DNA of 64,000 bases, taken from Chitinophaga pinensis (GTDB taxonomy: Bacteria; Bacteroidota; Bacteroidia; SXHM01). Each line of letters opens with the position of its first letter. The stretch's first letter is position 1. The notes beneath the pieces were generated by a model, which saw only the letters and a list, made by a program, of their open reading frames with translations, was not told the DNA's origin and did no database searches. The stretch lies in NCBI GenBank assembly GCA_945870105.1, contig CAMBRL010000001.1, forward strand, positions 10,700-74,699, in the 5' to 3' direction. A program made the position numbers and the translations under genes. Positions 35,155-43,901 of the stretch are shown in pieces.

Positions 35155-36405
35155 TATCTTAGTTTCAGCGTTACAATGGTTACTACAGCCAGCATTATTC
35201 CAACAATCCAGAAGCGTGTTACAATTTTTGATTCGTGGTAACCCAGTTTCTGGTAATGGTGATGCAGCGGAGCCATTTTGAAAATTCTTCTTCCTTCTCC
35301 GTATTTTTTTTTTGGTGTATTTAAACCAACTCACCTGCATCATTACGCTGAGATTTTCAATCAGGAAAATCCCACATAGAACAGGAATTAATAATTCTTT
35401 TCTGATACAAAGAGCAAACACAGCGATGATTCCGCCCAGAGAAAGACTTCCTGTATCGCCCATGAACACTTGCGCAGGGAAAGAATTGTACCACAGAAAA
35501 CCGATGCAGGCACCAACAAATGCAGAGATGAAAACCACCAGCTCGCCCGTACTGGGGATATACATTATGTTGAGGTAATCAGCGAAAACACTGTTACCCG
35601 AAACGTAGGCGAAGATGGCAAGTGCAACTCCAATAATTGCGGAAGTTCCGGTGGCTAGTCCGTCCAATCCATCCGTCATGTTGGCACCGTTCGAGACTGC
35701 TGTAACAATGAGTATTACAATCGGAATAAAAATCAGCCATGCCCAATCCATGTAGTTCTCTCCCATGAATTTTGCAAGTGATGAGTAATTAAACTCATTG
35801 TTTTTGAAAAATGGAATAGTTGTTTTTAATGATTTTTCAGGAGCTGAATAAGTTGGAACTTTCTGCATCAGTTCACCTTCCTGAGTCAATGACGCATAGC
35901 TTGCTGATTTTTCGCTCACTATTTTTTCCTTGATTACAACATTTTGATTGAAATACAGTGTTGCACCTACAATCAGCCCAATTCCAAACTGTCCGATTAT
36001 CTTAAAACGCCCGGCAAGACCTTCTTTATTCTTTTTGAAAACTTTGATGTAATCATCTAAGAAGCCAATTGCACCTAGCCATATTGTGCTGATAATCATC
36101 AGCAGGATATACACATTGTCTAATCGCGCAAATAGTAATGTCGGGATAAGAATTGCAGAGAGAATAATTAAACCACCCATGGTTGGTGTCCCTTTTTTCT
36201 GCAATTGCCCTTCTAATCCAAGGTCGCGAACAATTTCACCAACTTGTTTCAGTTGCAGGTATTGGATAATCCGTTTACCAAATACCATGGAGATAACCAG
36301 CGAAAAAATGATGGACATCGCAGCGCGGAACGAAATGTATTTGAACACACCTGCTCCCGGAAAATCAAAGGCTTTGTCTAAATATTCAAAAAGGTAATAC
36401 AGCAT
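35154..36405 (-). CDS. mraY: phospho-N-acetylmuramoyl-pentapeptide-transferase MraY, interrupted by a +1 frameshift in an A10 run (T10 on + strand, 35304..35313)
   Basis: Canonical N-terminus MLYYLFEYL.. and [12 protein letters not shown]. After KYTKKK the listed frame gives unrelated sequence. Removing one A gives [49 protein letters not shown]-stop. Confidence 0.85.
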
Positions 36406-36406
36406 T

Positions 36407-37867
36407 TTAAATTGCTTGTTTTAAACTTTCGGTTAAAATTTTCATATCGTCAAACGGATGTTTTACTCCACTTATTTCCTGGTATTTCTCGTGTCCTTTT
36501 CCGGCTAATAAAATGATGTCGCCCGGCTTTGCTATGATGCATGCAGTGCGGATTGCTTCTTTTCTGTCGGTGATGGAAACTGTTTTGCGGGCATCAGAAG
36601 GGTCAACACCTTTTTTCATATCTTCAATAATGTCTTCTGCTTTTTCAGAACGAGGATTATCAGAAGTGAGAATTATTTTGTCGCTCATCGTGCATGCAAT
36701 TTTTGCCATCAGTGGACGTTTTGCACGATCTCTGTCCCCACCGCAACCAACAATTGTAATAAGTGTTTCATTGCCTGTGCGGATATCGCGAATGCTTCTT
36801 AAGACATTTTCTAAAGCATCGGGAGTGTGAGCATAATCAACAACTCCAATAATATTGTTTCCTGTTTTTATGTATTGAAAACGGCCTTCAACAGCTTCCA
36901 GTGCGCTTATACCTGTGAGGACATCTAATTTATTCTCGCCTAACAAAACTGCCGTTGCATATACTGCCAGAAGGTTGTAAGCATTGAATGAACCAATGAG
37001 TCGGGTTAGAACTTCTTTGTTATCAATGTTCATCAATAAACCACTCAATTGATTTTCTATGATTTTTCCTTTGAAATCAGCAAGCCCTTTTAAACCGTAG
37101 GTCCACTTTTTTGCTTTGGAATTCTGAACCATTATTTTTCCATTCTTATCATCTGCATTTACCACAGCAAAAGCATTTGAAGGAAGTCCGGTAAATAAAT
37201 CCTGTTTGGCTTTTATGTAATTATCAAATGTTTTGTGGTAGTCTAAATGGTCGTGTGTGATGTTGGTGAAAACAGCTCCTGCAAAGCGCAAACCTGATAT
37301 TCTGTTTTGGTCAATAGCATGAGAACTTACTTCCATGAAACAGTATTTACAATCAGCTTCCACCATCTGGCTCAACAAACTATTTAAATTAATAGCATCG
37401 GGTGTAGTGTGTGTTGCGGTGAGGCTAACGGTGTTGATTTTATTTACAACAGTTGAAAGTAAACCTGTCTTAAATCCGAAATTCTGATACAAACGATAAA
37501 GTAAAGTGGCAACTGTTGTTTTTCCGTTTGTTCCGGTAACGCCTACCAGCTTTAGCTTTTCGGAAGGGTTGTCATAAAAGTTGGAAGCAATAATTCCAAG
37601 TGCATAAGAAGGATTTTTAACCTTTACATAGGTCACTTTTTTATCGCGCTCATCAGGAAGCGTTTCGCAAACAACCGCGATAGCACCATTCTCAACAGCC
37701 TGTTTGATGAAGAGATGGCCATCAATATTGCTTCCCTTTACCGCTACAAAAAGTGAATAATTTTTTGCCTGACGCGAATCAGTTGTCAGCATTGTGATGG
37801 CAATGTTTGTTGAGCCTGAAACATCCTCCAGTCCTGCTTTATACAATATGTCTTTAAGCAACTTCAT
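36407..37867 (-). CDS. murE: UDP-N-acetylmuramoyl-L-alanyl-D-glutamate--2,6-diaminopimelate ligase
   Basis: [11 protein letters not shown]-loop; DNPR motif (LTSDNPRSE) indicating DAP specificity. Confidence 0.9.
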   Translation of the reverse strand: MKLLKDILYKAGLEDVSGSTNIAITMLTTDSRQAKNYSLFVAVKGSNIDGHLFIKQAVENGAIAVVCETLPDERDKKVTYVKVKNPSYALGIIASNFYDNPSEKLKLVGVTGTNGKTTVATLLYRLYQNFGFKTGLLSTVVNKINTVSLTATHTTPDAINLNSLLSQMVEADCKYCFMEVSSHAIDQNRISGLRFAGAVFTNITHDHLDYHKTFDNYIKAKQDLFTGLPSNAFAVVNADDKNGKIMVQNSKAKKWTYGLKGLADFKGKIIENQLSGLLMNIDNKEVLTRLIGSFNAYNLLAVYATAVLLGENKLDVLTGISALEAVEGRFQYIKTGNNIIGVVDYAHTPDALENVLRSIRDIRTGNETLITIVGCGGDRDRAKRPLMAKIACTMSDKIILTSDNPRSEKAEDIIEDMKKGVDPSDARKTVSITDRKEAIRTACIIAKPGDIILLAGKGHEKYQEISGVKHPFDDMKILTESLKQAI

Positions 37868-39981
37868 TACGATAACTTCAGTATTATTTCACGTTCTAGT
37901 GTTATTGCTGTTCCTGCGTTGATACTTTGTTGAACAACTGTTCCGCGACCTTCAATTTTTACGCGCAAACCAAGATTTTCCAGAATATAGATTGCATCGC
38001 GAGCGCCCATGCCCAAAACTTTCGGAACAATACCATTGGTTTCTGCACTTTCTTTCAGTTCAATTTTGTTGCCTTTGTTTTCAGCGGTAACCCAACGAGA
38101 AGTATTTAATGTATCGTTGTTAAGCGGAACATTTAATTTCTGAAGTGAGGTAACCAGATCATTCTTGTTTCCACGCTGTGTATATGGAATTTTGTTTTCA
38201 GCAAGAATTTCAGTTGCCTCTAATTCTTTATGAATATCAAGGCGGCTGGAATAAACCTTATCAGCAATTTCTTTGAAAATAGGACCTGCAACAAGGTTTC
38301 CGTAGTAAACAGAATTGGAAGGAGCATTCACGATTACAATGCAGGAATACTTTGGATTGTCTGCCGGAAAGTAACCTACAAATGATGCCTGATAAGTTAT
38401 TTTCTGACCTTTGTAAATTCCTTCTTTTGCTATTTGTGCTGTTCCGGTTTTACCTGCGATTTTAAAGTCGGCATGTTTCAAATTCTTAGCAGTTCCGCTG
38501 TCCACAACACCTTCCATCATTCGTTTAACTTTATCAATTGTCTCTTGCGAACATATTTTTGGATTGATGATTTGCGTTTGAAATTCTTTCTCAACTATTC
38601 CGTTTTTTGTAATCTCTTTCACAAATTTTGGCTTCACCATTTTCCCGTTATTGGCAACGGCATTGTAGAAAGTCAAAATTTGCATGGGCGTCATCAGCAA
38701 CTCGTAACCAATAGACATCCAGGGCAATGAAACTCCGCTCCAGTCTTTGTCTTTAGGGTTTTTTATTTTCGGTTTTCCTTCGCCAGGAATTTCTAAGTCC
38801 AGCGGATTTTGCAGATTCATTGCATAAATTCTGTCAATGAATTTTTGCGGATTTTTAGAATAATATTTATCCACCATTCGTGAAATGCCAATGTTAGATG
38901 AAACCTCAAATGTTTCATGCAGTGTGATTTTTCCGTGACCACCTTTATCGTGATTAGAATCTTTCATGGGTTGCCCGTAGAAATAAATCACGCCTTTTTC
39001 TGTGTCAACTATTTCACTGGTGGAAGCTCCGTCTTCAAGCAGGGCAATAACTGAAGCGAGTTTAAAAGTTGATCCGGGCTCAGTGGCTTCGCCTATTGCA
39101 TAGTTGTAATACTCACCGTATTCTTCTGAGTTTTTGCTTTTGCTTAAGTTTGCGATGGCTCTGATTTCTCCGGTTTCCACTTCCATTAATATGGTGCAAC
39201 CGTGGTCGGCACCATGCTTTTGCAATTGTGTGAGTAGCGCATGTTCAGCCACATCCTGAATGTTGATGTCAATGGTGGTAACCAAATCCATTCCATCCTG
39301 TGGCTCTATTTCATTGTCATCGTTGAGTGGTTTCCAAACACCGCCTGCAATTTTTTGCATCAGTCTTTTCCCGCCAACTCCCGTGAGGTAACTGTTGTAA
39401 GCACCTTCCAAACCGATAGGCTGAATGCCCGGTCTCTCATAACCAATGGTTCGTGCAGCAAGTTCACGGAAAGGGCGTGAACGTTTGCTTTGCTGAAGTG
39501 TAATTAATCCGCCTTTGTATTTTCCGTTTTTGAAAATGGGAAACTTCTTCATTTTCTGAAGTTCAACATAGCTCACGTTTTTGCGAATAAGGAAATAGCG
39601 CTCTTTATTTCTTCTTGCTTCTTTCAGTTCGGATTTGTATTGCAGTTTTGATTTATCTCCAAAAAGATTAGCAAGGCAAAGTGCAAGCGAATCAAGATTA
39701 TCGTTAAAAATTTTATCGGTGATGGGGTTTGCGTAAACATCCATGCGCACTTCATAAATTGGAAATGAGGTGGCTAATAAACTGCCGTCTGTTGCAAAAA
39801 TATTTCCGCGTGCAGCTTCAATTTCGCGGTATTCGGTAGTAAGCGCTTCTGCTTTCGCTCTCCATTTTTCGCCTTGAATAAATTGCACGTTTACCACCTG
39901 TGCAATAATGGCAATACCAAATACACACATCATTGCATACAAAAGATACACACGCCACAATATGTCTTTCTTCGTTTCCAC
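37867..39981 (-). CDS. ftsI: penicillin-binding protein 3 / FtsI transpeptidase with C-terminal PASTA domain
   Basis: STFK, SSN and KTGT motifs; PASTA-like VPKVLGMGARDAIYILENLGLRVKIEG; GTG start. Confidence 0.9.
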   Translation of the reverse strand: METKKDILWRVYLLYAMMCVFGIAIIAQVVNVQFIQGEKWRAKAEALTTEYREIEAARGNIFATDGSLLATSFPIYEVRMDVYANPITDKIFNDNLDSLALCLANLFGDKSKLQYKSELKEARRNKERYFLIRKNVSYVELQKMKKFPIFKNGKYKGGLITLQQSKRSRPFRELAARTIGYERPGIQPIGLEGAYNSYLTGVGGKRLMQKIAGGVWKPLNDDNEIEPQDGMDLVTTIDINIQDVAEHALLTQLQKHGADHGCTILMEVETGEIRAIANLSKSKNSEEYGEYYNYAIGEATEPGSTFKLASVIALLEDGASTSEIVDTEKGVIYFYGQPMKDSNHDKGGHGKITLHETFEVSSNIGISRMVDKYYSKNPQKFIDRIYAMNLQNPLDLEIPGEGKPKIKNPKDKDWSGVSLPWMSIGYELLMTPMQILTFYNAVANNGKMVKPKFVKEITKNGIVEKEFQTQIINPKICSQETIDKVKRMMEGVVDSGTAKNLKHADFKIAGKTGTAQIAKEGIYKGQKITYQASFVGYFPADNPKYSCIVIVNAPSNSVYYGNLVAGPIFKEIADKVYSSRLDIHKELEATEILAENKIPYTQRGNKNDLVTSLQKLNVPLNNDTLNTSRWVTAENKGNKIELKESAETNGIVPKVLGMGARDAIYILENLGLRVKIEGRGTVVQQSINAGTAITLEREIILKLS

Positions 39982-39984
39982 TCT

Positions 39985-40395
39985 TTATTTTGTATTCAAT
40001 TCTTCGTTTGTAACTACAATCTTTTTGGGCGGAACAACCGATTCTTTCAACCCGGTTTCCGCTATTGCTTTTGCCACTTCACTTTGTTTTGATTTAAACA
40101 TCAACTCCGATTTTGTGCTGATGTATTCAGAACGTAATTCTTTTAACTCGTTGCTGATTGAATTCATCCTGAAAACATTTTTCTCAGAGTAGTAGCGAAT
40201 GGAGATGTAGAAAATACCAATCAGAGAAATGAAAAGCAGGAAAGGAAGCATATCAGCAACATTTTCTTTTGCCATAAAACTGCCATCAAGAAAACGCATA
40301 ACCTTTTTTGCAGCAGGCGCACTTTCAGTAGCTTTTTCCTTGTTTTCAGGAATTGATTCTAAAGGAATTTCTATGTCTTCTTTCAATTTATTCAT
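39985..40395 (-). CDS. ftsL: FtsL-like small bitopic division protein
   Basis: 136 aa with a single TM (MLPFLLFISLIGIFYISI); position between rsmH and ftsI; TAATG coupling to rsmH. Confidence 0.7.
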   Translation of the reverse strand: MNKLKEDIEIPLESIPENKEKATESAPAAKKVMRFLDGSFMAKENVADMLPFLLFISLIGIFYISIRYYSEKNVFRMNSISNELKELRSEYISTKSELMFKSKQSEVAKAIAETGLKESVVPPKKIVVTNEELNTK

Positions 40396-41318
40396 TATGC
40401 AACTTCGCGTTTCAATGGATTTACACGTTCAGCAATTCGTAATACAGCACTGCGTGAGCGGCTATTTTCGGCTAATTCCCTTTCCGATGCAGTTATAGGT
40501 TTAGAGTTCAATGCACGAAAGGGTAGTTGCTGATTTCCGAAAAAATCTTTTTCAAGTTCACCTTCGATGTTTCCTTTCTTAATCAGTTTTTTTACCAATC
40601 CGTCTTCCAGCGAGTGGTAAGACATAACAACCAACCTTCCACCTTCACGAATGATGTCTGTGCATTGTGAAAGAAACTCTTCAAGTGCCTCTGTTTCTTT
40701 ATTAACTTCAATACGCAACGCCTGATATATTTTTGCGAGGAACTTGTTTTCTTTTCCGCGCGGAGCTAAAGGCATTACTAGTTTTTTCAGGTCTTCTGTA
40801 GTTTTTATTTCTTTTTGTGCCCGCTTTTCTTCTATGGTTTTCGCCAGCTTCCAAGCTTCTTTCAAATCACCGTATTCAGCAAAAATCTTTTTGAGTTGAT
40901 CAGGTGAATACGTGTTGAGGATAAATGCGGCAGTGAGCGGAGAGGTAGTATCCATGCGCATATCCAGCGGTCCTTCAAAGCGGGTAGAGAAACCTCTTTC
41001 TGGTGTATCAAACTGGTGGGAAGAGACTCCGAGGTCGGCAAGAATGCCGTCAACCGGTAAGGCATTATGGTATTTCAAAAAATTCCGGGCGAACCTAAAA
41101 TTTTGTTGTATCAGCATAAATCGGTTATCATTTATGTTGTTAGCGGCTGCGTCCGCATCCTGGTCAAATGCGTAGAGTTTGCCTGTTGTCAGTCTTTTCA
41201 AAATTTCCTTCGAGTGCCCGCCTCCACCGAATGTTACATCAACGTAGGTTCCTTCCGGTTTTATGTTTAGCCCCTCAAGGCATTCGTTTAACATAACCGG
41301 TTTGTGATAATCTGTCAT
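40395..41318 (-). CDS. rsmH: 16S rRNA (cytosine1402-N4)-methyltransferase
   Basis: HKPVMLNE.., VDVTFGGGGHS, DLGVSSHQ motifs. Confidence 0.95.
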   Translation of the reverse strand: MTDYHKPVMLNECLEGLNIKPEGTYVDVTFGGGGHSKEILKRLTTGKLYAFDQDADAAANNINDNRFMLIQQNFRFARNFLKYHNALPVDGILADLGVSSHQFDTPERGFSTRFEGPLDMRMDTTSPLTAAFILNTYSPDQLKKIFAEYGDLKEAWKLAKTIEEKRAQKEIKTTEDLKKLVMPLAPRGKENKFLAKIYQALRIEVNKETEALEEFLSQCTDIIREGGRLVVMSYHSLEDGLVKKLIKKGNIEGELEKDFFGNQQLPFRALNSKPITASERELAENSRSRSAVLRIAERVNPLKREVA

Positions 41319-41328
41319 CCCAAACCTG

Positions 41329-41790
41329 TTAGCCGTTGGTTTTTTGCTTGCCCATTACTTTGCCGGCAAGCGCTGCAAATTTGTCTGCATCCAACTGCTG
41401 CACTTTTTGTGCTTCGTTGTCTGCGTTCCATAATTCCATGAAACCACCGAGTGATTTCAAAACAATGTCTTTGTCAATCTGCGCATGTTGGAGCAGCATT
41501 TTCGGAAGCAATATTCTGTTGCTCGCATCAATTTCCAGTTCAGTAGCCCCGTTGATGAAGAAGCGGATGAAATCAAGATTCTCCCTTTCGTAGGTATTGA
41601 TTTCATTGAGCGCTTTCATTTTTTCGTCCCACACATTTTTTGGATAGAGCTCGAGACATTTTTCATACACGCTACGCTTGAGCACTATGGTGGTAGTGCC
41701 TTTCGGGAACTGCCTCAACAGTGCAGAAGGCAGGATTAATCTGCCTTTTGCATCCATCTTACATCTGTAATCACCTGTTATGAGCGACAT
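41329..41790 (-). CDS. mraZ: division/cell wall cluster transcriptional regulator MraZ
   Basis: Two DxxxR motifs (DAKGRLILP, DASNRILLP). I prefer the ATG at 41790 (MSLITGDYRCK) over the ORF-track start at 41889. Confidence 0.9.
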   Translation of the reverse strand: MSLITGDYRCKMDAKGRLILPSALLRQFPKGTTTIVLKRSVYEKCLELYPKNVWDEKMKALNEINTYERENLDFIRFFINGATELEIDASNRILLPKMLLQHAQIDKDIVLKSLGGFMELWNADNEAQKVQQLDADKFAALAGKVMGKQKTNG

Positions 41791-41808
41791 GTCTTTTATT
41801 AGAAAGTC

Positions 41809-41816
41809 CAAAAATA
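41809..41816 (-). promoter_or_regulatory. Bacteroidota -7 box TATTTTTG (mraZ/dcw promoter)
   Basis: The reverse complement of caaaaata matches TAnnTTTG, 18 nt upstream of ATG 41790. Confidence 0.45.
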
Positions 41817-41826
41817 GAGTAAAATT

Positions 41827-41851
41827 TTCACAATTCCCCACTTTTCGCCAC
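41827..41851 (-). promoter_or_regulatory. candidate MraZ operator: three GTGNN boxes with 10-nt phasing
   Basis: Minus strand reads GTGGC-gaaaa-GTGGG-gaatt-GTGAA, immediately upstream of the -7 box. Confidence 0.45.
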
Positions 41852-42056
41852 AAAATGTTGAAAACTTTTAAATTTTGATGTATTTTCAATATTTTGTCAA
41901 TACTATAACGCTTGCTAATAAAGGAAAATATGAGTTATTAAGAGTGTGGGGAATTGTGGATGTAAAATTCAACAAAATTGAAAATTTGACATCTTTTCAA
42001 CCGAAAAAACTTGATATCACTTTTAGTAGTCGGGGTTTTTCGTAGGCTTTAATTCC

Positions 42057-42064
42057 TATTTTTG
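42057..42064 (+). promoter_or_regulatory. Bacteroidota -7 box TATTTTTG
   Basis: Exact TAnnTTTG, 24 nt upstream of ATG 42089. Confidence 0.4.
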
Positions 42065-42088
42065 CCAACATTGATTTTTTAAGCGCAG

Positions 42089-42850
42089 ATGGATTACGAG
42101 ATAAAGAAAGAAGGAAGGTTTCAATACGTTGAATGTGGTGCTGGACCCGTAATTGTGGTGCTGCACGGACTTTTTGGTGCATTGAGTAATTTTAAAGATG
42201 TGTTGGATTATTTCTCGGGAAAGTACAGAGTGGTAATTCCTATTATGCCGATTTATGACTTGCCGGTGCCGGAAACCAATGTGCAGGCGCTGGCAGATTT
42301 TATCCGAGATTTTATTGACTACAAAGGCTATGAAAAGGTAACTCTGCTTGGCAATTCATTAGGAGGACACGTTTCGTTGGTTTATGTGCAGCATTATCCT
42401 GCAAAGGTTCATTCGGTGATACTTACCGGAAGTTCGGGGCTTTATGAAAATGCTTTTGGCGGAACGTTTCCGCGCAGGGGTGATTATAATTTCATCAAAG
42501 AAAAAGTAGAGCTTACTTTTTATGACCCTGCCACTGCTACTTCAGAATTAGTGGATGAAGTGTTTGCTATTATCAAGGATAAAGAAAAAGTAATTCGCAC
42601 GTTGGCGCTTGCCAAATCAGCAATCCGCCACAACATGGCGGCAGAGCTGAAAAATTTCAATGTTCCGTTTTGCCTGATTTGGGGACGCAACGATATTGTT
42701 ACTCCACCAGATGTTGCTGAAGAATTTCATAAGTTGCTTCCGCAATCGGATTTATTCTGGATTGATAAATGCGGACATGCTGCGATGATGGAGCGGCCGC
42801 AGGAATTCAATGAGATATTGAGTAGGTGGCTGGATAAGTTATTTGCTTAG
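42089..42850 (+). CDS. alpha/beta-fold hydrolase
   Basis: HGLFG oxyanion region, nucleophile elbow GNSLGG, C-terminal DKCGHAAMME histidine. Confidence 0.8.
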   Translation: MDYEIKKEGRFQYVECGAGPVIVVLHGLFGALSNFKDVLDYFSGKYRVVIPIMPIYDLPVPETNVQALADFIRDFIDYKGYEKVTLLGNSLGGHVSLVYVQHYPAKVHSVILTGSSGLYENAFGGTFPRRGDYNFIKEKVELTFYDPATATSELVDEVFAIIKDKEKVIRTLALAKSAIRHNMAAELKNFNVPFCLIWGRNDIVTPPDVAEEFHKLLPQSDLFWIDKCGHAAMMERPQEFNEILSRWLDKLFA

Positions 42851-42892
42851 AAGAGAAGCAAGAATAAAGACACAAGACTAATTTCCTATAGT

Positions 42893-43498
42893 ATGCTGAT
42901 AAAAAGTGCGCGTTTTGCTGTCAGCAGTCCTGAGGTAAAAAATTGTCCGAAACCTGTTTTTCCTGAATACGCTTTTATAGGGCGCAGCAACGTGGGTAAA
43001 TCTTCACTGATTAATATGCTGGTGCAACATAAGGGCATGGCCAAGACTTCTTCCACACCCGGGAAAACACAGTTGATTAATCATTTTATGGTGAATGATA
43101 ACTGGTATCTGGTGGATTTGCCGGGTTACGGCTATGCAAAAACCAGCAAAGCAAAATCTGAAGCTTTCGGACAAATGATTGCGGATTATATTTCGCAGCG
43201 CGAAAATTTGCTCAACGTTTTTGTATTGATTGATTCACGCCTACCAATGCAGAAAGCAGACGAAAGTTTTTTTATGTGGTTGGGTGAAAATCATGTTCCA
43301 TTTTCTATTGTATTTACCAAAGCAGATAAATCAGGAAGCTCAACACTGAACTCCAATCTGGCTAATTATAGAAAGAAACTGCTCGACTATTGGGAAGAAC
43401 TTCCTCCGATTTTTATTACCTCGGTTATTAACCAATCCGGGCGGGAGGAATTACTCAATTCAATTGAGGAGATGAATAAGGATTTTAAAGCCTATTAA
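42893..43498 (+). CDS. engB: ribosome biogenesis GTPase YihA/YsxC (EngB)
   Basis: G1 GRSNVGKSSLIN, G3 DLPGYG, G4 TKADK. Confidence 0.9.
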   Translation: MLIKSARFAVSSPEVKNCPKPVFPEYAFIGRSNVGKSSLINMLVQHKGMAKTSSTPGKTQLINHFMVNDNWYLVDLPGYGYAKTSKAKSEAFGQMIADYISQRENLLNVFVLIDSRLPMQKADESFFMWLGENHVPFSIVFTKADKSGSSTLNSNLANYRKKLLDYWEELPPIFITSVINQSGREELLNSIEEMNKDFKAY

Positions 43499-43612
43499 GC
43501 TTCATACCACTTTCGGGCTATTGAAAGCAAATGCTGCAGGAACACTTTAAAACCATAGGATAAACAGTCCAGCAAAAACCTCTTGCTATCAATCATAAAG
43601 GGCTTTTTTAAG

Positions 43613-43738
43613 CTGTGACTGCATTTCTCCCGCCTGCAACTGTATTTCTCCCGCAGATGCGTGAATTTCTCCCGCTAGCGAGGCAAATTTTCCCGCCCGA
43701 GAGAGTAGTTCTCCTGTTCGTGCGTTAATTTCCTGATT
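43613..43738 (+). repeat. degenerate 21-nt-period tandem array C (6 units), noncoding
   Basis: CTGTGACTGCATTTCTCCCGC / CTGCAACTGTATTTCTCCCGC / AGATGCGTGAATTTCTCCCGC / TAGCGAGGCAAATTTTCCCGC / two decayed units. Confidence 0.8.
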
Positions 43739-43852
43739 AATTTAACCAAACCAACTAAAAATTATGGCTGTAAGAACAAAAATAAAGTTGCTCGCTATAA
43801 CTGAGAGCCGCAAAAGATGAAAGCGGAAAGGGGCAGGTAGGTGGTGAGTTAA

Positions 43853-43881
43853 AACAAAAAAGCCCCTCGTTTCCGAGAGGC
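43853..43881 (-). terminator. rho-independent terminator of the 43902..45830 gene
   Basis: Minus strand reads GCCTCTCG-gaaa-CGAGGGGC followed by TTTTTTGTTTT. Confidence 0.7.
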
Positions 43882-43901
43882 TTTTCTTAATCAATTTCTT
43901 T

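Noticed and set aside
33817-36405. The 862-aa ORF read as a genuine bifunctional MraY-MurD fusion protein.
   Set aside because: About 50 residues between the two parts match neither protein. The conserved MraY C-terminus (PLHHH...LKLR-stop) is present intact in the +1 frame, starting exactly at an A10 run. The restored stop forms a normal TAATG junction with murD. A frameshift explains the data better than a designed fusion.
41890-42088. Search for tRNA, tmRNA, SRP or other structured RNA genes in the larger intergenic gaps (also 45831..45947, 27336..27437, 43499..43612).
   Set aside because: I could see no cloverleaf-compatible stems, no GTTCGAATC-like T-loops and no other recognisable conserved RNA motifs by eye. 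This needs tRNAscan-SE or Infernal to be definitive.
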